Below are positions 19,933-30,599 of a DNA stretch of 62,688 nt, piece by piece; the stretch's first letter is position 1, and each line of letters starts with the position of its first letter. The notes beneath the pieces were generated by a model, which saw nothing but the letters and a program-made list of their open reading frames with translations, was not told the DNA's origin and ran no database searches. This DNA comes from Paracoccaceae bacterium. Its GTDB lineage: Bacteria > Pseudomonadota > Alphaproteobacteria > Rhodobacterales > Rhodobacteraceae. Both the position numbers and the translations under genes were made by a program. The stretch is from the NCBI GenBank assembly GCA_006844665.1, contig SPJP01000021.1, positions 1 to 62,688 of the forward strand, in the 5' to 3' direction.

Positions 19933-21294
19933 ATGTCACAATCTTCTCAACCCTATGCGCGTCATGCCTATCAGGTTATGGCGCTTGGCCTGCCCCTTGT
20001 CGGCAGCCATTTGGCGCAGATCTCTATCCAGATAACCGACACGGTTATGTTGGGATGGTACAATGTCCATTCGCTTGCGGCTGCGGTTCTTGCAGGTTCG
20101 TTCTTCTTTACGCTGTTCGTGGTTGGCAGCGGATTTGCACATGCGGTCATGCCAATGGTTGCAAAAGCGGTCAGCGAAGGGGACCAGGTTCAGATCCGAC
20201 GCGTCACGCGCATGGGGTTGTGGCTGTCTATGTTGTTTGCGGGGCTGCTGATGCCTGCCATGTGGTGGTCCGCGCCGATCCTGCGTCTTCTGGGCCAAGA
20301 GCCCGAAATCTCGGCCCTTGCGCAAAGCTATCTGCGGATCTCGGGCTGGGCGATGGGACCTGCTTTGCTGATCATGGTTCTGAAATCCTATCTGGCCGCT
20401 CAAGACCGCGCCCAATTCGTGTTGTGGGTGACAGTGCTGGGGGCCGTCGGCAATGGGGTGGCCAATTGGGCGCTGATCTTTGGCAATCTGGGCTTTCCTG
20501 AACTGGGCGTTCAGGGGGCGGCGATTGCGTCTTTGTTCAACAACCTGCTGATGCTGGGGGGCCTGTGCCTATATGCGATTTTGGTTTTGCCAGAACAGAG
20601 CATATTTGTGCGGATTTGGCGGCCGGACTGGGAAGCTTTTCGCCGGGTTTTCTCGCTGGGTTGGCCAATCGGCATGACCCATTTTGCCGAAACGGGCTTG
20701 TTTTCAGCCAGTTCTGTGATGATGGGCTGGCTGGGCGTCTTGTCTTTGGCGGCCCATGGCATTGCCCTACAATTGGCCAGCATGACCTTCATGGTCCATA
20801 TCGGCTTAAGCCAAGCGGCCACCATCCGGGCCAGCAACGCTTTTGGTAAACGTGACGTGCCGGGATTGATCGCAGGTGGGCAAATCGCGACCATATTGTC
20901 CTTGGGCATGGTCTGCGTGACGGTGATCTTTTTCCTTGTGGTGCCAGAGTTTTTGATCGGCCTGTTTCTGGCCCCAGATGACCCCCATCGAACCCAGATT
21001 ATCGGGATCGGAATTGGTCTGTTGGCGATGGCCGCCCTGTTCCAACTGGCGGATGCATCCCAAGTGATGGTGCTGGGGCTGCTACGTGGGGTTCAGGATA
21101 CCAAAGTGCCCATGGTGCTGGCGGTGTTCAGCTATTGGGCTGTCGGCCTGCCTGCGGGATATCTGCTTGGCGTTACAATGGGCTGGGGCGGTGTCGGGAT
21201 TTGGGCTGGGTTGGTTGTCGGGCTTAGCTTTGCTGCTTTAACCATGATCTACCGCTTTTGGATCCAGCGCTTGTGGCAGGCCGAAATTACCTAG
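19933..21294 (+). CDS. MATE family efflux transporter (NorM-like)
   Basis: DTVMLG, PELGVQGAAIA and GLLRGVQDT motifs; about 12 TM segments. Confidence 0.92.
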   Translation: MSQSSQPYARHAYQVMALGLPLVGSHLAQISIQITDTVMLGWYNVHSLAAAVLAGSFFFTLFVVGSGFAHAVMPMVAKAVSEGDQVQIRRVTRMGLWLSMLFAGLLMPAMWWSAPILRLLGQEPEISALAQSYLRISGWAMGPALLIMVLKSYLAAQDRAQFVLWVTVLGAVGNGVANWALIFGNLGFPELGVQGAAIASLFNNLLMLGGLCLYAILVLPEQSIFVRIWRPDWEAFRRVFSLGWPIGMTHFAETGLFSASSVMMGWLGVLSLAAHGIALQLASMTFMVHIGLSQAATIRASNAFGKRDVPGLIAGGQIATILSLGMVCVTVIFFLVVPEFLIGLFLAPDDPHRTQIIGIGIGLLAMAALFQLADASQVMVLGLLRGVQDTKVPMVLAVFSYWAVGLPAGYLLGVTMGWGGVGIWAGLVVGLSFAALTMIYRFWIQRLWQAEIT

Positions 21295-21597
21295 GGTCAG
21301 GACCCATTAATCCTGCGCCGCTGGCGCAAAATCCTCTAAATCTCAGGGGTTTGATCTGCGCAGAGCAGTGTGGTTCACTTTTCAAGCGGATCGAGCCGCT
21401 GAGATGACGAGGATTTCGCGTCCTTACGGATCTGACGGATTTTCCGCCCGGCAGCGTCACAGAGCCTTGAAATAGAACCACTATTCCCGCGTCTCCGTTC
21501 CTTCCCTCTCATGCATCTTTGCGATGCATTGTCGGGCAACGGCCAGACAAAAAATCTGTCAAACCAGCAGGGCAGGATTAATGGGTCCTGACCCTAG
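21291..21597. mobile_element. MITE-like non-autonomous element (307 bp including the flanking CTAG at both ends)
   Basis: Terminal inverted repeats CTAGGGTCAGGACCCATTAATCCTGC (26 bp perfect, 32/34 extended); no transposase ORF; internal stems. Confidence 0.85.
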
Positions 21598-22772
21598 GCC
21601 GCTTGCCGGACCGCGGTTGCAAATTCCAGCAGCCGGCTGACTGCACGGACCAATTGATCATCGGGCAAGGTCATTGCCAGCCGGATATGGCCTGCGGCGG
21701 CCGTGCCAAAACTGTCAGCGGGCAGGGTGGCGACATGGGCTTCTTCCAGCAGTTTCAGGCAAAACTCGGTCGCGCTTAGCCCCGTGGGCCGGATGTCCAG
21801 CATCACATACATCGCACCGTCAGACGGGATCGAGGATATGAAGCTTTGCTGCGCCACAAGCCCGCGCACCAAATCCCGGCGGCGCCTGAACGGGGCTGCG
21901 ATCCGGGCCTCATACTCCGCCCCCAGTGACAATCCAAACAGCCCCGCATCCTGAATATAGCCGGGTACGCCATAAGTCGTATGGGTTGACAGATTGGCCG
22001 CCGCCGCAATCGCGTCTTTCGGCCCGATGATCCAACCCAACCGCGATCCGGTCATCGCGTGGCTTTTGGACAGGGACCCCACAACAAGGCTCCGCTCGGC
22101 CATCGCGGGCAGGGCGCGCGGGCTTAGATGGGATCCCGTCCAAACCTGGCTGTCATAAACCTCGTCCGATATTACCCACATATCATTGGCTTTGCAGACC
22201 TGAGCAATGCCGTCCAAGGTTTTACGGGTATAGACCGCGCCTGTCGGGTTGTTCGGGGTGTTGATCAGCAAGCTGACGGCACCGTCCGCTGCGGCATCGA
22301 TATCAGCGGCACCCGGCTGAAACCCGGTCTCGGGTCGGGCTTTCACGGCCACCTGCTGCGCCCCCGCAGCCCGGATTGTACCAGGGTAGGTCACATAATA
22401 AGGGTCTATAAACAAGGCCTTGTCGCCTGGATCACAGACCAGCATATGGGCCGCAAACAGCCCCGCTTGTCCGCCCGGCGTGATCAAGACATTCTCTGGC
22501 CCGGTTTCCACACCTGTCATCCGCTGGGTCCGTTCAGCCACCGCGCGGCGCAAAGGTTCGATCCCCGGTACGGCGGCGTAGCCTGTATGCCCACCCAAGG
22601 CCGCGCGATGCATTTCTTCCAAAATGACCGGATCGGTGCCGATGTCATGCTCGCCAATGGTCATGTTCAGCAGCTCGACCCCGTCGTCGATCATCTGCAT
22701 CGCTTTGTAATACACGCCCCAGCCGTCATCGCCCTTCGGCGTCAGGGTCTGCAATCGCTTGGAAATCTTCAT
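21594..22772 (-). CDS. PLP-dependent aminotransferase class I/II
   Basis: NTPNNPTG, SDEVY and SLSKSHAMTGSRLG; start moved to ATG 22772. Confidence 0.92.
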   Translation of the reverse strand: MKISKRLQTLTPKGDDGWGVYYKAMQMIDDGVELLNMTIGEHDIGTDPVILEEMHRAALGGHTGYAAVPGIEPLRRAVAERTQRMTGVETGPENVLITPGGQAGLFAAHMLVCDPGDKALFIDPYYVTYPGTIRAAGAQQVAVKARPETGFQPGAADIDAAADGAVSLLINTPNNPTGAVYTRKTLDGIAQVCKANDMWVISDEVYDSQVWTGSHLSPRALPAMAERSLVVGSLSKSHAMTGSRLGWIIGPKDAIAAAANLSTHTTYGVPGYIQDAGLFGLSLGAEYEARIAAPFRRRRDLVRGLVAQQSFISSIPSDGAMYVMLDIRPTGLSATEFCLKLLEEAHVATLPADSFGTAAAGHIRLAMTLPDDQLVRAVSRLLEFATAVRQAA

Positions 22773-22945
22773 CAAAGCCTCGTCACATTTTTGGCCACAG
22801 TGACGGCGCGCCACGCCCCAAGTCAAATGGCGATTGGTGATGCGTATCCAGCACGCTTCGTGATTAATCCCTCAGGTCCCAGAATTGCCCGCCTTCTAGT
22901 CGCGCAGGACTTGCTGTTTGGCCCAAGTTCCGGTAACTCGGCCCC

Positions 22946-22984
22946 ATGTCACTGATTTGTCCGACCTGCTGTATTATTCGCTAA
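22946..22984 (+). other. Possible leader peptide uORF MSLICPTCCIIR upstream of cysS-cimA
   Basis: 12 sense codons with 3 Cys and 3 Ile; TTGCTG-N17-TAACTC ends 6 nt before the ATG; a competing ORF exists in another frame. Confidence 0.35.
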
Positions 22985-23089
22985 ACCCGTCCTTTTTGGG
23001 CGTCTCGGTGGTCGTGATCGTCTTGCACATCTTCCAAGTGATCTATCTTAGCCGCCATGGACGCTTCGCGCTGACCTAAGGCTACTTTG

Positions 23090-24457
23090 ATGACCAAGAT
23101 CCAACTGCACAACACGCTGTCTCGCCAGAAACAACCGCTTACCCCGATGACCTCGGGTCAGGTTGGCATGTATCTGTGTGGCCCGACCGTTTATGACCGC
23201 GCCCATATCGGCAATGCGCGCCCGGTGATCGTGTTTGATGTGCTGTACCGGTTGCTGACCCATATCTACGGGGCAGATGCGGTGACTTACGTGCGAAATT
23301 TCACTGATGTAGATGACAAGATCAACGACCGCGCCGCCCAATCCGGCCGCTCGATCCGCGAAATTACCGATGAAACCATTGGCTGGTATCTGGACGATAT
23401 GGCAGCTGTCGGCACCTTGACCCCCAACCACATGCCCCGGGCAACGGAATACATCGACCAGATGATCACAATGATCGAAGGGCTGATCGCCTCTGGCCAC
23501 GCTTATGCCGCCGAAGGCCACGCGCTGTTTTCCGTCGACAGCTACGCCGATTATGGGCGTCTGTCTGGCCGCTCGGTTGACGATATGATCGCCGGCGCCC
23601 GGGTCGAGGTTGCCCCCTATAAGCGCAACCCGATGGATTTTGTGCTGTGGAAACCGTCGGATGTAGACACTCCGGGCTGGGATAGCCCCTGGGGTCTGGG
23701 CCGTCCAGGCTGGCATATCGAATGCTCGGCCATGGCCAAGGCGCTGCTGGGTGAAAGCTTTGATATCCATGGCGGTGGCAACGATCTGATGTTCCCCCAT
23801 CATGAAAACGAGATCGCCCAAAGCTGCTGCGCCCATCCAGATACCGAGTTCGCAAATATCTGGCTGCACAATGAAATGCTGCAGGTCGAGGGTAAGAAAA
23901 TGTCCAAATCCTTGGGCAATTTCTTCACCGTGCGCCAATTGCTAGACCAAGGCATCCCGGGCGAGGTGATCCGCTTTGTCTTCCTCAGTACTCATTATCG
24001 CAAACCGATGGACTGGACCGACGCCAAACGGGCCGAGGCCGAGGCAACATTGCGCAAATGGCGCGCCTTGACCAAGGATGTGGTTGCAGGGGCCGTCGAT
24101 GGGGCCGTGCTGGCCGCATTGGCCGACGATTTAAACACGCCGGGCGCATTGTCTGAACTACACCGCTTGGCCAAAGATCCCAGCCAAGCGGGTGATTTCT
24201 TGGCCTCGGCCCAAATGCTGGGGCTTCTGACCGATGAATTGGCAGGCTGGGACAGCAGCGATCTGGATCTTGGCCCATACGCAGACGCTTTGGCGGACCT
24301 GCGCGCCAAAGCTATGGAGACCAAAGACTTTTCTGGCGTGGATAAGATGAAAACAGCCCTAACAGACGCCGGGCTAGAGGTCCGGATGAGCAAAGCAGGG
24401 GTCGAGCTGGTCCCAGGTGCGGGCTTTGATGCGGCCAAATTGGATGGATTGCTATGA
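23090..24457 (+). CDS. cysS: Cysteine--tRNA ligase
   Basis: CGPTVY, HIGN, GWHIECS and KMSKS. Confidence 0.97.
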   Translation: MTKIQLHNTLSRQKQPLTPMTSGQVGMYLCGPTVYDRAHIGNARPVIVFDVLYRLLTHIYGADAVTYVRNFTDVDDKINDRAAQSGRSIREITDETIGWYLDDMAAVGTLTPNHMPRATEYIDQMITMIEGLIASGHAYAAEGHALFSVDSYADYGRLSGRSVDDMIAGARVEVAPYKRNPMDFVLWKPSDVDTPGWDSPWGLGRPGWHIECSAMAKALLGESFDIHGGGNDLMFPHHENEIAQSCCAHPDTEFANIWLHNEMLQVEGKKMSKSLGNFFTVRQLLDQGIPGEVIRFVFLSTHYRKPMDWTDAKRAEAEATLRKWRALTKDVVAGAVDGAVLAALADDLNTPGALSELHRLAKDPSQAGDFLASAQMLGLLTDELAGWDSSDLDLGPYADALADLRAKAMETKDFSGVDKMKTALTDAGLEVRMSKAGVELVPGAGFDAAKLDGLL

Positions 24458-26073
24458 CCGAGCGCCTTTACCTTTACGACACGACCTTGCGCGACGGGCA
24501 GCAGACCCAGGGCGTTCAGTTTTCCCTAGACGAAAAACAACAAATCTCGCGGGTTCTGGATCAGTTGGGCATCGACTATATCGAGGGCGGCTGGCCCGGC
24601 GCGAACCCCACCGACAGCGATTTCTTCGACAGCAAACCGCAGTTTCAAACCGCACAATTCGCCGCCTTTGGGATGACCAAACGCGCCGGAATGAGCGCTG
24701 AAAATGACGATGTTCTGGCCGCCGTTTTAAACGCAAATACCCCGGCCGTGTGTCTTGTGGGCAAGACCCATGACTTCCATGTGAAAACTGCACTTGGCAT
24801 CACAAATTCGGAAAACATTGAAAACATTTCGAAATCCGTCAAACACCTTGTACAAAATTCGCGCGAGGCGCTGTTTGACGCAGAACACTTCTTCGACGGA
24901 TACAAATCTGATCCAGTCTTCGCGCTGTCTTGCCTGCACGCTGCACTAGACGCAGATGTGCGGTGGGTTGTTCTGTGCGACACCAATGGCGGTACGCTTC
25001 CGGCAGAAGTCGGCCGCATCACCGCCGAAGTAATCGCAGAAGGTATTCCCGGCGACAAACTGGGCATCCACACCCATGATGACACTGGAAATGCGGTGGC
25101 CTGCACCTTGGCAGCCGTGGACGCAGGTGCGCGCCAAATCCAAGGCACATTGAACGGCTTGGGCGAACGCTGCGGCAACGCGAACCTGACGACGCTGATC
25201 CCAACTTTGCTGCTGAAAGAGCCCTATCGCAGCGCCTATGATATCGGCGTCTCGCTGGAACAGCTCAGGCAATTGCCCCAGGCGTCCCTGACCCTGGACA
25301 ACATTCTAAACCGGGTGCCGCAAAAAGCCTCGCCCTATGTCGGCGCCAGCGCCTTTGCCCATAAGGCCGGTCTGCACGCCAGCGCAATCCTGAAGGACCC
25401 GACCACCTACGAACATGTCGACCCGGCTTTGGTCGGCAACAGCCGCGTGATCCCGATGTCCAACCAGGCCGGCCAATCCAACCTGCGCCGCCGTCTGGCC
25501 GAGGCTGGTCTGGACGTCTCTAAAGGCGACCCACGCTTGGGCGAGCTGCTGGACAAGGTCAAACAGCGCGAAGATCAGGGTTATTCTTTCGACAGCGCTC
25601 AGGCCAGCTTTGAACTGCTGGCCCGCGAAACCCTGGGCCAATTGCCCAGCCTTTTCGAAATCAAGCGCTACCGGGTGACGGTCGAGCGGCGCAAGAACAA
25701 ATACAATCAGATGGTGTCCCTCTCTGAAGCCGTCGTGGTGGTGAAAATTGGGTCGGAAAAGACCCTGTCGGTCAGCGAAAGCATGGACGAAACCGGCGGC
25801 GATCGCGGCCCGGTGAACGCGCTGTCCAAAGCCTTGGTCAAAGATCTGGGCCCCTACACCAAATATCTGGAAGACATGAAGCTGGCCGATTTCAAGGTGC
25901 GCATCACCAATGGCGGGACCGAGGCCGTGACCCGGGTGCTGATCGACAGCGTCGACGGGCAGGGGCGGCGTTGGTCCACCGTGGGCGTCAGCCCCAACAT
26001 CGTCGACGCCAGTTTCGAGGCACTCGTCGATGCGATCCGCTGGAAATTGGTTCGCGATATGGCGGAAAATTAA
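24454..26073 (+). CDS. cimA: Citramalate synthase
   Basis: [25 protein letters not shown] and GERCGNA; cysS-cimA synteny. Confidence 0.9.
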   Translation: MTERLYLYDTTLRDGQQTQGVQFSLDEKQQISRVLDQLGIDYIEGGWPGANPTDSDFFDSKPQFQTAQFAAFGMTKRAGMSAENDDVLAAVLNANTPAVCLVGKTHDFHVKTALGITNSENIENISKSVKHLVQNSREALFDAEHFFDGYKSDPVFALSCLHAALDADVRWVVLCDTNGGTLPAEVGRITAEVIAEGIPGDKLGIHTHDDTGNAVACTLAAVDAGARQIQGTLNGLGERCGNANLTTLIPTLLLKEPYRSAYDIGVSLEQLRQLPQASLTLDNILNRVPQKASPYVGASAFAHKAGLHASAILKDPTTYEHVDPALVGNSRVIPMSNQAGQSNLRRRLAEAGLDVSKGDPRLGELLDKVKQREDQGYSFDSAQASFELLARETLGQLPSLFEIKRYRVTVERRKNKYNQMVSLSEAVVVVKIGSEKTLSVSESMDETGGDRGPVNALSKALVKDLGPYTKYLEDMKLADFKVRITNGGTEAVTRVLIDSVDGQGRRWSTVGVSPNIVDASFEALVDAIRWKLVRDMAEN

Positions 26074-26076
26074 GAT

Positions 26077-27033
26077 ATGTTAACAAAAATCGCGACCTCG
26101 GCTGCAATCTCGGTCATCGCCATTTTGGCCGTCGCTGGCATCCTGGTCGCCACCGATCAGCCAAGGCCGCTTGCAGTCGCCGCAGGTCTCGATTTTGGGG
26201 ATCGCGTGGGGCAGGCGGAAGACGGACCTTTGACCATAGTCGCGGGCCAGAATGTTCGGTTCTATGACGGGCCACAAGACGCGCCCTTGGTGGTTCTGGT
26301 CCATGGATCAGGGTGGTACGGGCAGCAGTTCCACCAACTGGCCACCCGGCTTGCTGCAACGGGAAAGGCGCGGGTCCTTGTGCCCGATCTGCGCGGCCAC
26401 GGCACCCTTGCGGACCCCCGCGGCGATGTCAACTATATCGGCCAGTTAGAAGACGATCTAGCCGCCCTGATCCAGGCGAAGTCAGGTGGTCAACCTGTTG
26501 TTATGGTTGGTCATTCATCCGGCGGTGGCCTGATCGTGCGCATGGCTGGTGGCCTGCATAATCAGGCGCTAAGCGGCGTCGTTTTGCTTGCCCGATATCT
26601 GGGATACAACGCCCCATCGGCGCTTCCTGGATCAGGGCATTGGGCCAAGGTTCAAACCCGACGCATCATTGGTCTTTCTATCCTGAACGCGTTTCGGATC
26701 ACGGCCCTGAATCACCTGACAGTGATCCAGTTCCGCTTCGGTGATCTGGCGTCCCCTTCCGCCACCCGCGCCTATTCCTACCGGCTCAACACCAGCTATG
26801 CGCCGCGTCGAAACTGGGCCGATGACATTTCCAAATTGCCCAGCTGGACTCTGGTTGCAGGCACCCAGGACGAGGCGATGAATGTCGACGGATATGCCCC
26901 GGCGATGGCCAATGCGACCGCTCCGGGCCAGATCATCTCAGTTCCAGGCGTTAACCATCTTGATATCGTAGATCATGCGCAAAGCTTCGACGCGATCCTT
27001 GCAAAACTCGACGAAGTGGCCCCCAGAGCATGA
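26077..27033 (+). CDS. Alpha/beta hydrolase with N-terminal anchor
   Basis: VHGSG, PDLRGHG and a GHSSGG nucleophile elbow. Confidence 0.85.
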   Translation: MLTKIATSAAISVIAILAVAGILVATDQPRPLAVAAGLDFGDRVGQAEDGPLTIVAGQNVRFYDGPQDAPLVVLVHGSGWYGQQFHQLATRLAATGKARVLVPDLRGHGTLADPRGDVNYIGQLEDDLAALIQAKSGGQPVVMVGHSSGGGLIVRMAGGLHNQALSGVVLLARYLGYNAPSALPGSGHWAKVQTRRIIGLSILNAFRITALNHLTVIQFRFGDLASPSATRAYSYRLNTSYAPRRNWADDISKLPSWTLVAGTQDEAMNVDGYAPAMANATAPGQIISVPGVNHLDIVDHAQSFDAILAKLDEVAPRA

Positions 27034-27809
27034 GCAATCCGGCCATCCAAGCCTGCGCCGACTTGGTCCAACGCGGCGACCCCGACAGGTTCCGCGCCAC
27101 AATGATGGCCCCAGTCGCGGCCCGGGAAATCCTTTTTCCGCTCTATGCTTTCAACCTGGAAGTCGCCCGCGCCGCCTGGGTAACCTCGGAACCCATGATC
27201 GCCGAAATGCGCCTGCAATTCTGGCGTGACGTGATCGAGGATGCAGGCAAAGGCAAAGCACCCCGAGCGCACGAAGTTGCCGCACCTTTTGCCGCCCTCA
27301 TACAGTCAAAATCCTTGCCAGTAGATGCCTTGGACGCAAGCGTCGCCGCGCGCCGCTGGGATATCTACAATGACCCGTTCGAGGACGAAGCCGCCTTTGA
27401 AGCCTATCTGAACGACACCGGCGCAACCTTGATATGGGCCTGTGCACTGGCTTTGGGCGCCGGGTCGCAACATGAACCCGCCATCCGCGCGTTTGGCCGG
27501 GCATCCGCTTTGGCCGCCCTTTTTCTAGCGGTGCCAGAGCTGACGTCGCGCAGCCGAATTCCTTTGGTGGATGGGCGCCCTGACAATGTCCGCGCCCTGG
27601 CGCAATCGGGGTTGAACGGGATCAAACTGGCGCAAAAAGCGAAGCTGCCGAAACAATTAAACCCCGCGCTTTGGGCCGGATGGCGGGCCAAAGCTTTGTT
27701 AACGCGAGCGGTGCAAAACCCCTATCATGTTAATGAAGGCACCTTGCCAGAAAGCGGTTTCTCTCGCGACTTTGGCTTGTTCCAAAGGGTTTGGTTAAAC
27801 CGGTTCTAG
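27030..27809 (+). CDS. Squalene/phytoene synthase family protein (NDUFAF6-like)
   Basis: DPDRF, LYAFNLEVAR and MRLQFWRD motifs. Confidence 0.85.
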   Translation: MSNPAIQACADLVQRGDPDRFRATMMAPVAAREILFPLYAFNLEVARAAWVTSEPMIAEMRLQFWRDVIEDAGKGKAPRAHEVAAPFAALIQSKSLPVDALDASVAARRWDIYNDPFEDEAAFEAYLNDTGATLIWACALALGAGSQHEPAIRAFGRASALAALFLAVPELTSRSRIPLVDGRPDNVRALAQSGLNGIKLAQKAKLPKQLNPALWAGWRAKALLTRAVQNPYHVNEGTLPESGFSRDFGLFQRVWLNRF

Positions 27810-29032
27810 GCCGTTTTCCCCGACCGCATTGTCAGCCAGATCAACGCCCCGCCGGCTAGGGTCAAGAACGGCACCATTGCGATGTTCACGGCCGACCAGC
27901 CCTGAACAGGGTCGCCCCCGGTGCAATTCATCAATCCACCTGAAGCAAGCGACGCTATCGTCACGCAGCCAAACACAATCGCATCATTCATGCCCTGAAC
28001 CCGGCCTTGCTCTTCCGGTTTATGGGCGCCGGCCAGCATTGCTGTGGCACCGATAAAGCCAAAGTTCCAACCAAAGCCCAGCAAGATCAAAGCCACGAAA
28101 AAGTTCCCTAGATCAACGCCTTGCAATGCGACCAGGCCAGCGGCCCCCAGTAGGGCAAGGCCAATGGCAACGACTTTTTCGACGCCAATCCGTGCGATTA
28201 CATGGCCGGTGATGAACGACGGCGCAAACATCGCCAAAACGTGGCCCGTGACCACATCAGCAGCATCCCCTTTGGTGAACCCGCAGCCCACGACCGCCAA
28301 AGGGGTCGAGGTCATCACCAGGTTCATCAACGCATAGGATACCATGGAACAGATGATCGCGACACTGATCCGCGGATCAGACAACAGCTCCAACCGGCTG
28401 CGCCCAGTGGGGGCATCTTCGGCCGCGGGCTTTGGTTTTGGAATGTCGATAAAGATTAACAGAAGAGCCCCTAATAGGTTAATGCAAATGACCGTTAGGT
28501 AGCTGCCCAAAAACGTCACCACCATCGCGTCCGAGGTCAGTTTCACCAATTGCGGGCCCAGCACGGCGGACACCAATCCCCCTGCCATGACATAGGAAAT
28601 CGCCTTAGGCCGGAACGCGGGCGAGGCCGTGTCGGCGGCCGCAAACCGGTAGAAGCCCTGGGCGCTCATATAGATCCCAGTCAGGAACGATCCGGCCAGA
28701 AAAATCGGGAAGGACGATAACATTAGTCCGATCGCCCCAACCGCAGCCCCCGCAGCCCCGCCGAACGATCCGACTAGAAAGCCCGCGCGCCGGCCATAGT
28801 TCTGCATGAAACTGGACAAGGGCGTCGCCGTTAACATCGATCCCAAAACGATCATCGAAATCGGAAGGGTCGCCAAGCAGATGTTCGACGCCAAGGATTG
28901 TCCCGCAAGCCCGGCAATGATGAACAGCATCGGCATTTGCGCGCCCATGAAGGCCTGCACAATCACAAGGACAAAAACGTTGCGGCGTGCGCGCTGATCG
29001 GGGTCTATCGGGGACGTGGTCTGTAAAGTCAT
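27806..29032 (-). CDS. MFS transporter
   Basis: GRRAGF, YRFAAAD and HVLAMFAPS motifs; about 12 TM segments. Confidence 0.88.
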   Translation of the reverse strand: MTLQTTSPIDPDQRARRNVFVLVIVQAFMGAQMPMLFIIAGLAGQSLASNICLATLPISMIVLGSMLTATPLSSFMQNYGRRAGFLVGSFGGAAGAAVGAIGLMLSSFPIFLAGSFLTGIYMSAQGFYRFAAADTASPAFRPKAISYVMAGGLVSAVLGPQLVKLTSDAMVVTFLGSYLTVICINLLGALLLIFIDIPKPKPAAEDAPTGRSRLELLSDPRISVAIICSMVSYALMNLVMTSTPLAVVGCGFTKGDAADVVTGHVLAMFAPSFITGHVIARIGVEKVVAIGLALLGAAGLVALQGVDLGNFFVALILLGFGWNFGFIGATAMLAGAHKPEEQGRVQGMNDAIVFGCVTIASLASGGLMNCTGGDPVQGWSAVNIAMVPFLTLAGGALIWLTMRSGKTA

Positions 29033-29110
29033 AAAACCGCTCTACGCCCAACTTGGTCAAAAAGGAATACGCTCTTTTGGCTTTTTGTCCGATCCACTAG
29101 GGTGCCGCCC

Positions 29111-29740
29111 ATGGACGAACGGATCATCACCTCTGACGTTTGCGTGGCCGAAGGCGCGTCATTCTTGGCCAAGGCCGAGCCACGCTTTGCCTATGCGCTG
29201 GACCAAACCGGCCCTCTGCCGCTTCGTTTGAAATCCGACGGGTTCGAAACCCTGTTTTCCGCCATTGTCAGCCAGCAGGTCAGCGTCGCCTCGGCCAACG
29301 CGATCTGGGCGCGTGTGGAACAGGCGGGCCTGACGGTGCCAGACAGAATCAAGCAGGCCAGCGACGAAGATCTGCGTGCCTGTGGGCTGTCGCGCCCCAA
29401 GGTCAGGTACGCCCGTGCTTTGGCCGAAGCCCAGATTGATTTTGACGAACTCCGCATGAGGACGTCAGCACAAGTTATTGAAACACTTGTGAAAGTGTCC
29501 GGAATTGGGCGCTGGACCGCCGAAATTTACGCCATGTTCAGCTTGGGGCGCGCCGATGTGTTCGCGCCCAATGATCTGGCCCTGCAGGAAGCTGCCAAAA
29601 ATTTGTTCGATTTGCCCGCACGGCCAACAGAAAAAGAACTTCGTTTAATGTCAGAGGCTTGGGCTCCATGGCGCAGTGTTGCGGCGCGGCTTTTGTTCTC
29701 TTACTACCGCATACTCAAATCAAAAGAAGGCATCAGATGA
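29111..29740 (+). CDS. DNA-3-methyladenine glycosylase II (AlkA family)
   Basis: IVSQQVS, HhH motif SGIGRWTA, and W.PWRS. Confidence 0.9.
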   Translation: MDERIITSDVCVAEGASFLAKAEPRFAYALDQTGPLPLRLKSDGFETLFSAIVSQQVSVASANAIWARVEQAGLTVPDRIKQASDEDLRACGLSRPKVRYARALAEAQIDFDELRMRTSAQVIETLVKVSGIGRWTAEIYAMFSLGRADVFAPNDLALQEAAKNLFDLPARPTEKELRLMSEAWAPWRSVAARLLFSYYRILKSKEGIR

Positions 29741-30435
29741 CACGGATATTGGACAGTGACCGCCGGGGCCCGGCCTTGGGAAGCGCGAAACGCCTTGTGG
29801 TGTTGTTGCATGGCTACGGGGCCGATGGGCGCGATCTGTTGGGCTTGGCCGATCCCTTGGCACCACACTTGCCCGACACCGCTTTCGTCGCGCCCAATGC
29901 GCCTGAACATTGCGTCGGAAACCCAATGGGGTTTCAGTGGTTTCCGATACCCTGGATCGACGGCTCGACCGAAGAAGAAGCCGAAGCAGGCCTGCTGCGC
30001 GCGGCCGATGATCTGAACGCCTACCTGGATGCCGTGATGCAGGAAGAGGGCGTAACCCCTTCTGAAACAGTGCTTTTAGGCTTTTCCCAAGGCACGATGA
30101 TCAGCCTGCATGTCGCCCCGCGCCGGGATGTTCCCATGGCCGGCGTGGTCGGATTTTCCGGCCGGTTGCTGCGCCCGGATCTGATCGAGGACGAGGCGAA
30201 GGTAAAGCCCGAGATCATGTTGATCCATGGGGATGCCGATGATGTTGTCCCCGTCGCCTCACTGCCCGAGGCCGCAAATGCTCTTAGCGAAGCCGGGTTT
30301 TCCGTTTACGCCCATGTGTCCAAGGGCACAGCCCATGGCATTGCGAATGACGGACTGGGTGTAGCACTGGCCTTTATGCGCAACCGGTTCGGGCTGGATG
30401 GGGACAGCCAAGATCACGAGAACCAAGACGATTAA
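29737..30435 (+). CDS. Phospholipase/carboxylesterase family alpha/beta hydrolase
   Basis: LLHGYG, GFSQG and HGDADDVV; ATGA overlap with the glycosylase stop. Confidence 0.9.
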   Translation: MTRILDSDRRGPALGSAKRLVVLLHGYGADGRDLLGLADPLAPHLPDTAFVAPNAPEHCVGNPMGFQWFPIPWIDGSTEEEAEAGLLRAADDLNAYLDAVMQEEGVTPSETVLLGFSQGTMISLHVAPRRDVPMAGVVGFSGRLLRPDLIEDEAKVKPEIMLIHGDADDVVPVASLPEAANALSEAGFSVYAHVSKGTAHGIANDGLGVALAFMRNRFGLDGDSQDHENQDD

Positions 30436-30479
30436 CCTGTCACAGCTGTGTCGCACAGTGCTGCTAATTGTTTGAGCAG

Positions 30480-30526
30480 CCCCATCACCTAGGGGCTTGT
30501 CAGATGGCTAACGCCATATATAGTTC
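30480..30526 (+). promoter_or_regulatory. Tandem NrdR-box-like sites upstream of the HNH gene
   Basis: ACGCCATATATAGTTC (30511) and a degenerate CCCCATCACCTAGGGG 31 bp upstream. Confidence 0.4.
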
Positions 30527-30599
30527 AAACAGACCCCAGCACTGTGCGTTTTGCTGATCCGGCCCCGCGCGCTTTGCCTAAGGCGAGGACGATGCAGAA

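Noticed and set aside
22128-23938. ORFs 22128..22955 + and 23048..23938 -
   Set aside because: Antisense to the aminotransferase and cysS, which are far better supported.
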